This document shows positions 13,270 to 26,692 of a DNA stretch of 64,000 nt, piece after piece. Origin of the DNA: Octopus vulgaris (Eukaryota); the NCBI GenBank assembly GCA_951406725.2, contig OX597818.1:83080001-83144000 (forward strand), written 5' to 3'. The translations under genes were made by a program, and so were the position numbers. Under the pieces are notes generated by a model, which was not told where the DNA came from, made no database searches, and was given only the letters and a program-made list of their open reading frames with translations. Numbering within the stretch: position 1 is the stretch's first letter; the number at the start of each line of letters is the position of its first letter.

Positions 13270-13500
13270 GTTGTTGTTTAGCCCCAAGTCAACCATGATT
13301 GACGAGACATAATCAAAAATACTCCATCCACTCAAGATTATCTAGAAATATTTATTTAAAGCCATGAATATCCACTCAAGAGTATCTAGAAATAATTATT
13401 TAAAACAACTGCATTTTTAAAAGCATGTGTCATGATTGGATGGCATTCTAACTGCTATTTCTGACAGGTCGATCGACCAAGTAAATAAACTGTCGTTGAT
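13270..13500. mobile_element. Degraded interspersed repeat (ctgctatttctagcaggtc-type family) with a 44 bp tandem duplication
   Basis: Related pieces at about 18590-18690, 61870-62060, 63150-63220, 25355-25410 and 32520-32570; atccactcaaga-tatctagaaata occurs twice at 13326-13405. Confidence 0.5.
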
Positions 13501-14455
13501 GGATCGTTTAGGAATCTATTATTGTTGATGTTGGCAAAAATACTGAACTCCATCGTAACAAGAAGGCTCTATTTAAACATCCGGTGTTTTACGGGTAAAT
13601 TCAGATAAATGCTGCAATGTATCACTAAATTCCAGAATGCCACAAATGGATGTTAAAATCACCAGGATCTGAATTGACAGCTAATTGATGACAATATCTT
13701 ATAATAGTAGCTTAATGCAGATTGTAAATATAATATCCAATACGCAGAAATTGATTCAGCGCATATGATATATATTGTCGATATATAAATAAGCCTTAAT
13801 GGAATCTATTTTTCTCTCTCTCTATCTCTCTCTCCTGTCCATATATATATATATATATATACATAGTATACGGTTCTGTTATTCGTGGCATTTACAAAAA
13901 AGTGCTCTGTCCAGTAAGAGATAAATATCTTTTAATATATACAGGATTTAAATGCGAGGTATTGTTAGTTTCATGCCCCTGATAATACAATGGTCGAACG
14001 AACTTGTATAGTGTCCTGTATGTTTCCGGGCAATCCTTCAAGATCAAATATATACTTTTGTGTATTTACTGTACGTGAATTATTAGAGGGGTTAAATCCC
14101 ATAGTAACGCCGGATGTAAAAGTATATGTGGTGGATAACGTTTATTCCACCATAGAAATTCATATTTGAACTTATTCCTGCGTGTGCATTATCTGGGCAA
14201 CATGTAAGTCGTGGACTGGTGAGGTAGTTTATCGCCGATCGTGTTGGTACTTGATGCTGACAAGCCACGAAAAATAGCGTAACATCAATGTCTCTCACAC
14301 CTCTTTGGGATTGAAGGTGAGTTATCTCGCCTGTCCATGACTCTAAGGAGTTTTAACACTCCACGCTTTGAGAGAGTATTCTTCATGTCTCAAATAACAG
14401 CTTACCGGCAAATACACAAAGCATATGCTTTAAGTATGTGTGGTTAACAACATTA

Positions 14456-14518
<63 letters not shown>

Positions 14519-15682
14519 CACACACATGCATACATGTGTGTGTGTTAATGTAGAAAGGAAAGGCAAACAATTTGGCAAGCATTGACATTTTAATTTAATT
14601 TACCTATACAAAGAAGGATAGAGATAATCTCTGATAGCTGTTTCTAGGATATGAATCAAGGGAAAACCACTTCTAGCGGCTTTAGATAAGGCATTCACAA
14701 AATCACAACTTCAGATCGGAATTTTGAAGCATACCTATCTGAGCACCCCCTATTAGTTTGAGACATCCTGACGAAATCTTCTCGTATTTATACATAGACA
14801 TGCGCACGCACACACACACATACGTCCGTGTTCACACAAACACACGCGCGCATTTGTCATCACTTAGCAGTCAGTTCCGACTCTGGTGATATCAACCTTT
14901 TAACGTACAGCCGTGGCTTTCTCGAAGTTAGTGATATAGAGCAGCATTTATCTGAATGCTTCTACATATGTATAAATATGAATATATATTTACAGGTGTA
15001 TGTGTGCGTGTATGTGTGTCTCTGTATATATTAATGATGTAGAATGCATTGAAATATAGTGAGATAGGAGTTTAAAAGAGACTGGAAATTTACTAGAATT
15101 CAAGTTGAAAATATAGGTTAAATGCTAAAACAGAACGATAACAAAGGAGAGTCTCTATTGAAATATGTGTTTAGCATTTTAATTATCATCTGACAACACT
15201 CCATCTTCTCACATCATAGTTTTTGTTAGCAGTAGAATTCTAATGAGGAATGGTAATTAATGGGCGCACTGCATGACAGCTGCGTAGGTTAATGAAATTT
15301 ATTTGTGATCTGATTTTTTGTGGATGAAATTGCACTGTTAACAGACACAAGTGCTGGGTAAAAGAACAAAGTACAAAGAACGAGGACCATGCACAGAAGA
15401 TGGCGTCTGTAATTAACTAAAAGAAAAATTCTGATGGCACTGCAGATTAATGGCCAAGCTCAAAATTCCAGAATTTACAATATTGTAGACATATATCATT
15501 ATCTATATTCCTTCAGTGTCATGCACTTTTATGATCTATTCATGAAATATCGAATATTTGAGCCTTGTTGAAAATTGAGCTTTATCCTTCCACACACCCT
15601 TCTACACGTTCATCCATCCAACTGCCTATCCATTCATCTATCCGTCCATCAATCCTTCCAAAGATACATACATACATAAAAG

Positions 15683-16670
15683 CGAGGTGTGTTTCAGACG
15701 TTTTCAGTCTTTTTTTAAGGAGAGGCAGTTGTAACTTTCCTAGATTATCTAGATTATTGTAATTTTAGTATAACATTACGATAGGTTTGATAATCTAACT
15801 TACTTTTGTCATTTGGGATCGAAAGTGCCAGCTGCAAAATCAATTTGAACATATGCTTCTAAACACTGTTCGTCACAGCTGACTAGTTTGCAGATATGTA
15901 GTCAGGACGTTTGGAAACCCGTTATGCAATATATATTTTTGTTAAGCTGGGAAAAACGGAATACACTTGGGAAACACTCCAGACGGTTTATGGATTAACC
16001 TGAATAAGCCGAGCATCTGTTTTCCATTAGCAAAGATGCTCAAGACGTTTGAGAGTAGGCGAGAGACGATAACAGATGTAGGAATGACAGCCTGAAAACA
16101 TTAGAACTGGTTCAGAATATGCGCAATCTTCTAGATGAAGGAGAACCTCAGAAGCAATTGTTTTGAAAATAAAGGAGGCAGAAGCAAAGGTCTTTGACCC
16201 TTCCATGGAGCCATCATGACGTGGTTGTAGAGCTACAAATGCATTCAGTTCAAATGATCCCACTTTGCAGGAAATAAAATAACTTATTTAAAATTAATAA
16301 ATGTCTTTCTTTAAAAACTCTTAAAACGTGTGGAGTACACCTTGTACATCTTTATCGCTTACTATTCTTTGAGCAGGATACTGAGGTAGAATCGTCAGTC
16401 AACTCTTCCAAAATAGCCTATAGCTTTTCGTCGTTCTCTAGGCTGAAGGAGGACCTCTGCGTCAGTTCTTTTGAACTTGGAGTGAGCTCTGTCAAAGAGT
16501 CTGAACACTTCACATTGGAGAAATTCTATGTTCTCTTTTGGATGGTGGCAGTAACGTTACCAAATGTGAATTCAGTTGAAACCAGCACACCTTTCATGAG
16601 ATAAAATAACATTGAAATTGATAAATGTCTCTTCTGAAAAACTGTTAAAACTTCTGAAGTGCACTTCGTA
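15683..16670 (+). mobile_element. Degraded mariner remnant with duplicated right end
   Basis: Left TIR cgaggtgtgtttcagacgttttc; transposase-like remnant (FVKLGKT...LQTVYG...ISRASVF) at about 15920-16070; right-end copies at about 16346 and 16670. Confidence 0.65.
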
Positions 16671-16984
16671 TATCTATGTCGCTTAATCTTCATCGGAGTG
16701 TCTTTCGGTTAGAACCCTTAAACATCACGTTCAAAGTACTCTCTCAGAAGTAAAGTCGTTCCACTTATCTTCAGCATTCCCAGAACCGAGACGAAAGACA
16801 CTATCCGCCCAAGCATATCTAGGTTTATACCATGGATTCCTACTAGTAAGTTCGACTTGAAGAATCCGCCTTGTAATTTTTTCTACCATATTCCAGTCAC
16901 AAGTATGTGGTATCGTACGTGTATATTTTTTTGATATAAAATTCTAGTAATTCCGAGGGATGCGGGTGTGGCTATGCTATTATC

Positions 16985-17140
16985 CACTGTTCAAACTCCC
17001 ATTTTCCATGGTCACCAAGTAGCGGAATATTTGGACAATTTCTCTTACCTGAGCGTTGTGATCAACGGTGATGCATGAATTGAAAATTTTGTAGAATAGG
17101 TTTAGAAAGGCAGGAGCGATATTCCAGCTTATGCATGTAT
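16985..17140 (+). mobile_element. Possible highly degraded LINE (RTE-like) RT fragment
   Basis: Translation EYLDNFSYLSVVINGD resembles the VDxFxYLG motif of RTE-type RTs; contains stops. Confidence 0.35.
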
Positions 17141-17489
17141 CATTGCCGCAATAAAGACCATACCATACACATGGTGGTGAAATAGTCGGTAAAGTGACAG
17201 TACTGATAGCCAAGGAGTTGGACAGATTCCATTAATGATTTCTACTAGATAACCCCATATTAATCTCTTAGTGAAAAAGTATTTTTATGTTCCGTGGTAT
17301 GTAAAACCGTGGAACTGTTTTTAAATTCGAAACTTCAATAACGGCATAGATCCACACGTACATATGTATATATATGCGTGACTGTACGTGTACGTGTATG
17401 TGTGCGTGTACGTGTACGTGTATGTGTACGTGTGTATGTGTATGTATGTACATGTATGTATGTGTGTATGTGTGAGAAAGAGTGTGAAA

Positions 17490-17622
17490 GAAGATGAAGA
17501 CGTAGAAGGAGGAGAAAAGGAAGGAAATATAGGAGGGGAGGAAGAGAAGTAAAAGTAGAAGGAGAGGAAGAGAAGAAGAGGAAAGAAGAAGGAAGGAGAA
17601 GAAGAAGAAGAAGAAGAAGAAA

Positions 17623-17671
<49 letters not shown>

Positions 17672-18147
17672 GATGATGATGATGAAGATGAAGATGATGA
17701 AGAAAAGAGAAAGGAGGGTAGAAAAGGAAGAAGAAGAAGAAGAAGATGATGAAGAAAAAGATGAAGGAGAAGAGGAAGTGGAGGAAGAAAAGGAAGAAGA
17801 AGGAAAGGAAGAAGAAAAGGAAGAAGAAGAAGAAGAAGAGGAGGAGGAAGGAGAAGAAGAAAAAGTAGAAACAGAAAAAGACGAAGACGATGATGAAGAA
17901 GATGATGATGAAGAAGAAGAAGAAGAAGAAGAAGAAGAAGAAGAAGAAGAAGAAGAAGAAGAAGAAGAAGAAGAAGAAGAAGAAGAAGAAGAAACGGAAG
18001 AAGAAGAAAAGAAGAAGAAGAAGAAGAAGAAGAAGAAGAAGAAAGAAAAGGAAGTAAAAGAAGAAGAAGAAGAAGAAGAAGAAGAAGAAGAAGAAGAAGA
18101 AGAAGAAGAAGAAGAAGAAGAAGAAGGAAGTAAAAGAAGAAGAAGAA

Positions 18148-18182
<35 letters not shown>

Positions 18183-18200
18183 GGAGGAAGAAGAAGAAGA
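17490..18200. repeat. Purine-rich (GAA)n/(GAT)n/(GAG)n trinucleotide tract
   Basis: Direct observation; source of the spurious poly-E and poly-S ORFs. Confidence 0.95.
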
Positions 18201-18765
18201 ACCTGTGTAGTCAAGTTCAACATAGATCAGATATTATCCCGGAAGGAAGGAGCACAGGGAGTGTAGCAAGATGTTTGAAAGTTTGCCATACATTTCCAGT
18301 AACCATGGTTGGAGTGACGTCCATTTTTGAACGATACTAAACCGAAATGCAGATAAAGGGAATGTCCAGTAGATTCTTGCTGTTATTTGTTATCACCAGA
18401 TCTTTATACAAAATACTACACACAACTCTATTGAATACCATCATTAGAGTCGTACTAATAATATCTTTGAGAGCCTGCATTCGATTTGTTCCACGTGACC
18501 AAAGCGACAAGTAAACAGACTCGAATAATAAACACAGCACGAAACCACACGCAATGAAATAATTACACGAACAAACTATAAAACCTATATGCGGTCGTTT
18601 GACGTGCTAGAAGAAACAGCCAAATCGCCCTCAAACACACCACACCCATTTTATTAAAATTGTCGAATGTACTAGATAAATTAATGACACTGTACACGTG
18701 CCAACACGCCGTTACACGCACAGACAGTTCTATTAAACCAAGATGGCATACTGAGAAACCGTTGA

Positions 18766-18807
<42 letters not shown>

Positions 18808-19500
18808 TCATACTCACACAGTTATATACACAGACAAAGCACACGAAAAGCAACGATAAAGTTATCGATTGAATGAATTCAACCGAATTATTCATATCCG
18901 CTTCATTGAACCCAAAAGAAAAATTGGCTTTGGTTGTGTTTGAATTTAGAAACTAAATATAATATTATATATAGTTTTTATTAACTATACACCTACGGCG
19001 TTATATTCTCCTATATGATCTATTTCGAAAATATCGGATATATGAACCTAGTTAATTATCGATCTATTTTATATTTTAATAAAAATACCTAGTAACAGGG
19101 CTTGGGGATGGCGATGCGGTTAAACACATTATTCGCAATCCAGAAGAACCTGTTAGAGATAGGAGGGTAAAAACTAGCTCAAAAAGATATGAGGTGGTTA
19201 AAATAAAGGTAGTCACACGCAGAAAATAGAAGGACCAAAGCTTTCTGAGGTTAAGTTAGGGCAATTTTCGCGCTAATAATAGCTCAGACAGAAACATTTT
19301 TTCACAACTCTCGTGTAATTAATGACGTATCAGCTTTTATAGAATTCTCTTCAAATGACGCTGTAGGGGACATAGTCAATGTATCTATACAAACATACAT
19401 ACATGCATACATACATACATACATACATACATACATACATACATACATACATACACACATAAATGCATACATACATATATACATACATACATATATACAT

Positions 19501-20019
19501 GATGGCTGTCCCCTCGTTATCGAGTATGGCCATTGAACGAGGCTTAACTGTTATTGGTGCTGTGATCGAATGTGACTTTTATTTGCTTTTGAAGGCTACA
19601 TCCAGCCATTCAGTTGAGACTTACAACACCATCAACAATCATGAACAATGTCGTTATCGTGCAATGCCTGTGCAGGAAGATTTCTTTTAAAGTGAGAAAA
19701 GGCTGTGCACCGAGTCAATCCCACTCACTAAGCAACAGTAGCCATAATCCGAAAAGAAGAACAAGTCAACATCATCGGTAACCACTAAGCCACAGATTTT
19801 ATGTCAGAGTTATCCCAGTTACCTGAGTTACCTTCTCCTAGAAGTATGCTCTAACAAGGGCTAGGAATTCTTCACTTCCAATGTTTTATCCGCACGATCG
19901 GGTATTCAGTCCGATTATTTCTATGACCCCGCGCATGACACAGCCTTAAGCCTTAAGAAAAATAAAATAAAATTACACATTTATTGGATGGCCCTTGACT
20001 CCCAAGAGTTCCTCCTCCT
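19501..20019 (-). mobile_element. Family D non-autonomous retroelement, 5'-truncated, embedded in (CATA)n
   Basis: Colinear with 47896-48441; (CATA)n on both flanks. Confidence 0.75.
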
Positions 20020-20088
20020 GTACATACATGCATGCATACATACATACATACATACATACATACATACATACATACATACATACATACA

Positions 20089-20297
20089 CGAGGGAGTGCT
20101 TAAAAGTTTACAGTTTTGGGTAAAAGAAGATACAGGAGGATCAGTTGAGTATGAATTTATTCAACATATTCCCATCTCAGATTGAGACACTCATTGCAGC
20201 AGACCTTCTAAGCCCTGTAAAAGAACTCGGAAGGTTTGGTCTCCAGCCAGGCCTTTCGCCATTCCCTAAAAGCCAGGAAATTTGCTGCACACTCTCG
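20089..20297. mobile_element. Mariner-type MITE
   Basis: Imperfect TIRs cgagggagtgcttaaaagttt / aaatttgctgcacactctcg. Confidence 0.6.
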
Positions 20298-20352
20298 TGT
20301 GTGTGTATGTGTAAGTATATATGAAGTATATATGTGTACACTTGTGCACACA

Positions 20353-20452
<100 letters not shown>

Positions 20453-20481
20453 TGTATGTATGTATGTATGCAGGTATACAC

Positions 20482-20618
20482 ATTACTTACCTTTGACGGA
20501 TATTTGTGCTCATCTTGTTTGTTGTTAACACGTTTCGGCTGAAAACGCTTCCAGCCTTCATCAGGTGTCTTGGGGAAAATTCAAACCTGGGTTCTCATTC
20601 CTAAAGGATCTTTCGATG

Positions 20619-20677
<59 letters not shown>

Positions 20678-20820
20678 GTTATTATTATTCAGGTCACTGC
20701 CTGGAATCGAACTCGGAATATGCCCACAGTCATATGGCGTAGTGGTTAAGAGCTCTGGCTACTAAGCACAATATTCCGAGTTCGATTCCAGTCAGTGATC
20801 TGAATAATAATAATAATAAT
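20482..20820. mobile_element. Head-to-head inverted pair of a tRNA-headed, hammerhead-bearing element
   Basis: Plus arm 20721-20820 has A box TGGCGTAGTGG, B box GTTCGATTC and (TAA)n; minus arm 20482-20720 has B box, (TAA)n and a hammerhead core. Confidence 0.75.
20527..20568 (-). ncRNA. Minimal type I hammerhead motif, stem III/I junction damaged
   Basis: Minus strand: acac-CTGATGA-a-ggctg-gaagcgtttt-cagcc-GAAA-cgtgt. Confidence 0.6.
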
Positions 20821-20976
20821 CTTCTTCTTCTTCTTCTTCTTCTTCTTCTTCTTCTTCTTCTTCTTCTTCTTCTTCTTCTTCTTCTTCTGCTTCCTCTTCT
20901 TTTTCTTCTTCTTCTTCTTCTTCTTCTTCTTCTTCTTCTTCTCCTTCTTCTTCTTCTTCTTCTTCTTCTTCTTCTT

Positions 20977-21007
<31 letters not shown>

Positions 21008-21194
21008 TTATTATTACTGCTAGTAGTAGTAGTAGTAGTAGTTGTAGTAGTAGTTGTAGTAGTAGTTGTTGTGGTGGTATTAGTTGTAGTAGTAGTTATA
21101 GTAGTAGTGGTCGTAGTACTACTACTATTAGTAGTGGCAGCAGCAGCAGCAGAGTAATAGTGATTGTAGGCGTGGAGGCAGCGGCAGCAGCAGC

Positions 21195-21257
<63 letters not shown>

Positions 21258-21299
21258 TGTACTGGTGGAGGCAGTGGTAGTAGTAGTAGTAGTAGTAGT

Positions 21300-21376
<77 letters not shown>

Positions 21377-21395
21377 CTGTCGTTGTTGTAGCAGC
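20820..21395. repeat. Compound (CTT)n-(TAG)n-(CAG)n trinucleotide array
   Basis: Direct observation. Confidence 0.95.
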
Positions 21396-21645
21396 AGTGG
21401 GATTCAACATTAAATCCATATAGCATGTAATAATATGCAAAGAAATTAGCAAATTGAGATTGTTGGATAATTATAAATATTCATGTCGTCATTACAGAAA
21501 CAGTTTTGCCTTTCAGAAATCGCTAGACATTAAGAAATTAGAAAGGTGAAAAACAAAACAGTCGCAATGAATTGAAAAAAAAATTAATGTAATAAATTAA
21601 TTAAAAATAATAATGATGTTGATGATGATGATGATAATGATGATG

Positions 21646-22080
<435 letters not shown>

Positions 22081-22136
22081 TAATAATAATAATAATAATA
22101 ACAACAATAATAATAATAATAATTGTAATAATAATT

Positions 22137-22191
<55 letters not shown>

Positions 22192-22207
22192 TAATAAAAA
22201 TAATAAT

Positions 22208-22764
22208 GAATACCCTGACGTAGTACCAGGCAGTGGCTTTCGTGGCTTCCCATAATAACTGATTAGGAGTATTATCATGTACATTGCTTTGTTTTGGTAT
22301 ACAAAATGGGCTACAGCAAATATGCTGCTCTATATCACAGATATGCTCGTCAGTTGTTTGACCATAACCAGTTGAGCATGTCCATTATTGGCTGAATATA
22401 TGGGCATCTCTGCTCACCAGCAGAATTGGGCGGGTGAATCATAGCCATGTGTTGAGAGGAATTCATTGGGGTTTGAATAATTCACCTCAGGAAACATGGG
22501 TGTTTCGTTCAACCTCCTCAAACAACTCTTATTCAGGGATCTTTTGAGGGGTACGGGCTACTCGACATAAATAAAATTCTAACCGGGGCCCATCTGCAAG
22601 ATCATGCACTGATTATCTTGATATGAGATCACCATGTCACGCACATATGGTTGTGATGCATGTGCCTGGTGTACTCTTATCAGACGGGTAGTCATGATGG
22701 ATATACTGGGCTTCGTATATTTCCCTCCAGTGTCACTTTGATGGCAAGCACTGCTCTCTCACGC
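22208..22764 (+). mobile_element. About 550 bp (TAA)n-embedded non-autonomous element
   Basis: Homologous to 7130-7668; TAA/CAA arrays on both sides. Confidence 0.8.
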
Positions 22765-22789
22765 AACAACAACAACAATAATAATAATA

Positions 22790-22975
22790 ATCTTTTCTAC
22801 GTTAGGCACAAAGCCTGGATTTTTTCTTGTGTGTGTGTGGTGGGGGATACTTAATCTATAGATCTCGAAATGATAAAAGGCAAAATTCGAGCTCGGCGGA
22901 ATTTGAACTGAGAAGGTAGCGACGGGCGATTACCGCTGAGCATATCGCCCAGGCGATTCTACTAGCTCGCCGCAT
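22790..22975 (-). mobile_element. SINE family A, degraded
   Basis: aaaggcaaaattcgagctcggcggaatttgaactgagaa. Confidence 0.65.
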
Positions 22976-22989
22976 TAATAATAATAATG

Positions 22990-23077
<88 letters not shown>

Positions 23078-23824
23078 GGAGGAGGAGGAGGAGGAGGAGG
23101 AGGAGGAGGAGAATGGCTTAGGAGAAATATTTCTTTTATTTGACAAAATGTTTTAGAACGGGGTCAACACAATGGCAGTCTATAATTTATGTGTGGATTT
23201 ACATGAAACGCGAGAGCAAAGGAAAGTGAAAGACGGAGAAATGATGTAAATCTCCTGAGATAACACAACATAAAAATTGGGCCAATCAAGCAACACTACA
23301 GATCTAGTATTATCTCGACCATCAAAAGCACAAACTCCTGCCTAACTGCCCTTCTTCGATCTTCAACCGCATGCTTCATTCCCTGTGGAACTAGAAAAAA
23401 GTTGATGAGGCCTTGATCGAAGAGGAAGGCATCTTTTGTCCGTCATTTCAACTTGTTGTGGAAGGTTCCTGACCATCCCAGTGCATTTTAGTAAAATATA
23501 GGAACTGGGTGAACTGACAATTAGTTGACTGCGGTACATTCGACAGTGCACAGTTGACAGTGGCACACTTGACAGCGTTAATCGTCCCTATTGTTTACTG
23601 TGTTAGTTTAATATCGTAACTACCTTTGGAGACGTACGGAGTGCTTTCTGTGTGAAATATTAATTTTGCGAAAGGATATTCTAGATAACCACATCCAAAT
23701 ATATACTTGGGTAATACTAGTCTTACATCAGACGGGCACAACTCACATAATAACAAAAATTGCACTTCATGTTAACGTCGTGGAGGGAAGAAGATACGAC
23801 GTTGTAAAAGCGACAATACCTTTT

Positions 23825-24211
23825 ACTTTCCTCTTGTTTTAGTCATGAGACTGCAGTCATACTGGGGCTCCGATTTTAAAATTTGTAGTCGAATGAATCC
23901 ACCCCAGTTTTATTTAATGTTTAAAGCCTAGTACTTATTCTATCCATCTCTTGCCGAACCAGTAAGTTAGGGGAATGTAAATACACCAGCACCTTTTGTC
24001 AAGCAGTAGTGGAGGTAAAAAACAAACACAAAAACACACATACACATGTGTCGGGTTTCTTTCAGTTTCCACTTGCCAAATACACTCGCAAAGCTTTGGT
24101 CGGCTCAAAGATGTAGTTGAAGACCCTTTATCAAGGTGGCACGCAGTGGTAACTCAGTCCAGAACCATGTGGTTGGGAAGCAAACTTCTTACTGCACATC
24201 CACGCATGCGC
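23825..24211 (-). mobile_element. SINE family B, degraded
   Basis: aaggtggcacgcagtgg...accatgtggttgggaagcaaacttctta. Confidence 0.75.
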
Positions 24212-24834
24212 CCATTATTGTTTGTAATAATATGGTTATTGGCCAGAATCGCCCAAACGTAGCAATCTTCATACATATATCATATATAGGATAGAAAAGG
24301 GAAAACGTACCATAATAGAAGGGAATAAGTTTTTAAAATATTATTACTGATGCGAAAGTACTAAAACGTTTTTGAAATATACTCAAAGCAATGTGAAATT
24401 AAGAACTAGGAATGGCGAAGTAATAACACGTCACTAACTACCACACATTTTATATTCTGGAAACTGAGTTCTAAAATTTTATAAGCATGAACAGTTGTAC
24501 ATCCTCTGGCTGGTAATTTTTTGCTTAGACATTGGTTGTGATTTTCAGCATCCATCGCTCTTCTACAGGCGCATGTTATTCAACCAGCCTTAACATCCCA
24601 AACGTAAACTTATCCTACAGTATAGTAATTCTGTTTAGCTTCAACGGCAGCTCATATCGTCAAAGATTATCTCTTCAGATTCCTGAAAAGCACATTATCT
24701 CAATAGTCGGGTAGGACGCCTCTTCTTTAAAGACTCCCAACATTTTGTCTATCTTTAAATCTTGGTTCCTTTTTCTTGCCTTTATTTTACTGCAACCATA
24801 TCCCTATAGTTTTCATATTTTCATCCGTACAGTC

Positions 24835-25170
24835 ATGGCTGTTCGGTTAAGAAGCTGTCTTTGTAACCTCGTACTTTTGGGTTCAATCCTACTGCACCTT
24901 GGGCAATTGTCTTCTACTATAGACCCAGGACTACTAATATTTTGTGAGTTAATTTGATTGACAGAAGCTATGTAGAAGTCCACCGTATATATATATTTCT
25001 GCGTGTGTATGTGTTTGCGTCCGCTTGATAACCGCTGTTGGCTGGACTACATCCACACAACTTAGCGGGTCGGCAAAAAAAGTCGATAGAATATATATGC
25101 GGGCAATCTTTTCGACTAGAATACTTCAAATCGGTATGTCAACATGGTCACTGTCCAGCGATTGTAGTAA
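24835..25170 (+). mobile_element. SINE family B, degraded
   Basis: caccttgggcaattgtcttctactatag; aacttagcgggtcggcaaaa. Confidence 0.7.
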
Positions 25171-25412
25171 GAAAACACTAGAGATTTATCCATCTCCTTC
25201 AACTACATAATTCTTGATATTTTGGAATAAAACTACTGTTCAGAAAATCTGAAAGAAGTGACCTCTAATTTCAGTAACATACCTCGACGTTGCCTCGTCC
25301 TTTTCAAAATAGACTTACATATCTGTATAAAAGCAGATTATCTCAATAGTCGGGTAGTCATGGCTAGAATAAATTTCTCAGAGGTTTGATCCAATAAGGT
25401 CGGCTTTAGGGT

Positions 25413-25469
<57 letters not shown>

Positions 25470-26254
25470 CGCTGCTGCTGTTGCTGCAGTTGCAACTGTT
25501 GTTGCTACATATGATAATGATTCCTACATATGATAATGTGGGGATTGGTTACAAATTCAAGCGATCAGAACGTGAGTGATACTATCAAAAATACAATCAC
25601 AATGTTTTTAAATATAGTGGTAGTGGTAGTAGTAGTAGTAGTAGTAGTAGAAGTGGTGGTGGTGGTGGTAGTAGTAGTAGTAGTAGCAGTAGCAGGTACA
25701 TTGAAAGTTATTTCTAAAACCCTATTGTCACTGTTAAAACAATGGATGTAGGTAAGACAACATATAATGGTGGTGGTGATGATAATGATGATGAAGATGA
25801 TGATGATGATAATAAGGATGATGGTAGTGTTGTTGTTGTTGGTGTTGGTGAGGAGACGCAGAAGGATGATGCGGAGGAGAAGGAGGAGGAAGTGGTAGAA
25901 AAGGATAACAATGATAATTATTCGTTATACTATAAACACGAAAACAGACATTTCGTGGGTGGGGCTAGTCGCTTAAATGGACCCCAATGCTTGACTGGTA
26001 TTTAAATTATCGACCCCGGAATGATGAAAAGCGAAATCGATCTCGACGGAATTCGTACAGAGAAATAAGAGTACCGGAAGTAAATCCAATCATTATGTCA
26101 AGAATTATGTCCGAGGTTCTGACCATTCTGCCAACTTGTCAACATATAAAATATTTCAGATTTCAGCAAAACGCCACAGTATTCAGGGGCAGGAATCGAT
26201 CCAAGTGCTCAACCTGTACTTGTTTCGCTGTCTCGCTGTCTTAATGATGAAGGC

Positions 26255-26321
26255 GATAACAACAACAACAACAACAACAAACGTCGACGACAACGATGAT
26301 GATGATGATGATGATGATGAC

Positions 26322-26377
<56 letters not shown>

Positions 26378-26480
26378 CAACAACGATGACGACAACGACG
26401 GTGTTAATGCTGCCCCTGCTGCTGCTGCTGCTGCTACTACTACAGCTGCTTCAGACGATGATGAAGATGTTGATGAGGAT
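26255..26480. repeat. (CAA)n/(GAT)n/(GCT)n compound microsatellite
   Basis: Direct observation. Confidence 0.9.
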
Positions 26481-26692
26481 GACGGTCGGTGTGTTGGTAG
26501 TTATGATGCTGAATTGGAGTTGATGATAACGACGAAATATATATATATATAATTAAAAATGAGAGTGTCTAAGAGACACCAACATGCCGAAATAGCAGTC
26601 GAAACTCTGACTATAAAAACCACGTTAAGTGTTCGCATCGCACCATGAGATAAGACAGAGGGACAAAATATACAAGCAAAAATTATTGAATA

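Noticed and set aside
17321-18266. 300 aa poly-S and 197 aa poly-E/K ORFs
   Set aside because: Translations of (GAA)n/(GAT)n repeats; no domain or splice evidence
20721-20800. Functional tRNA gene
   Set aside because: A and B boxes are present, but there is no proper acceptor stem or cloverleaf and it is part of a repeated element; the same applies to the SINE C head at about 46320-46394
20746-21452. Poly-Y/C/T/K and poly-V/A ORFs
   Set aside because: Compound trinucleotide microsatellite artefacts
24686-25357. 29 bp near-identical repeat aaaagca(c/g)attatctcaatagtcgggtag at about 24686 and 25329 as a target-site duplication
   Set aside because: Does not abut the enclosed SINE ends; more likely a small local duplication
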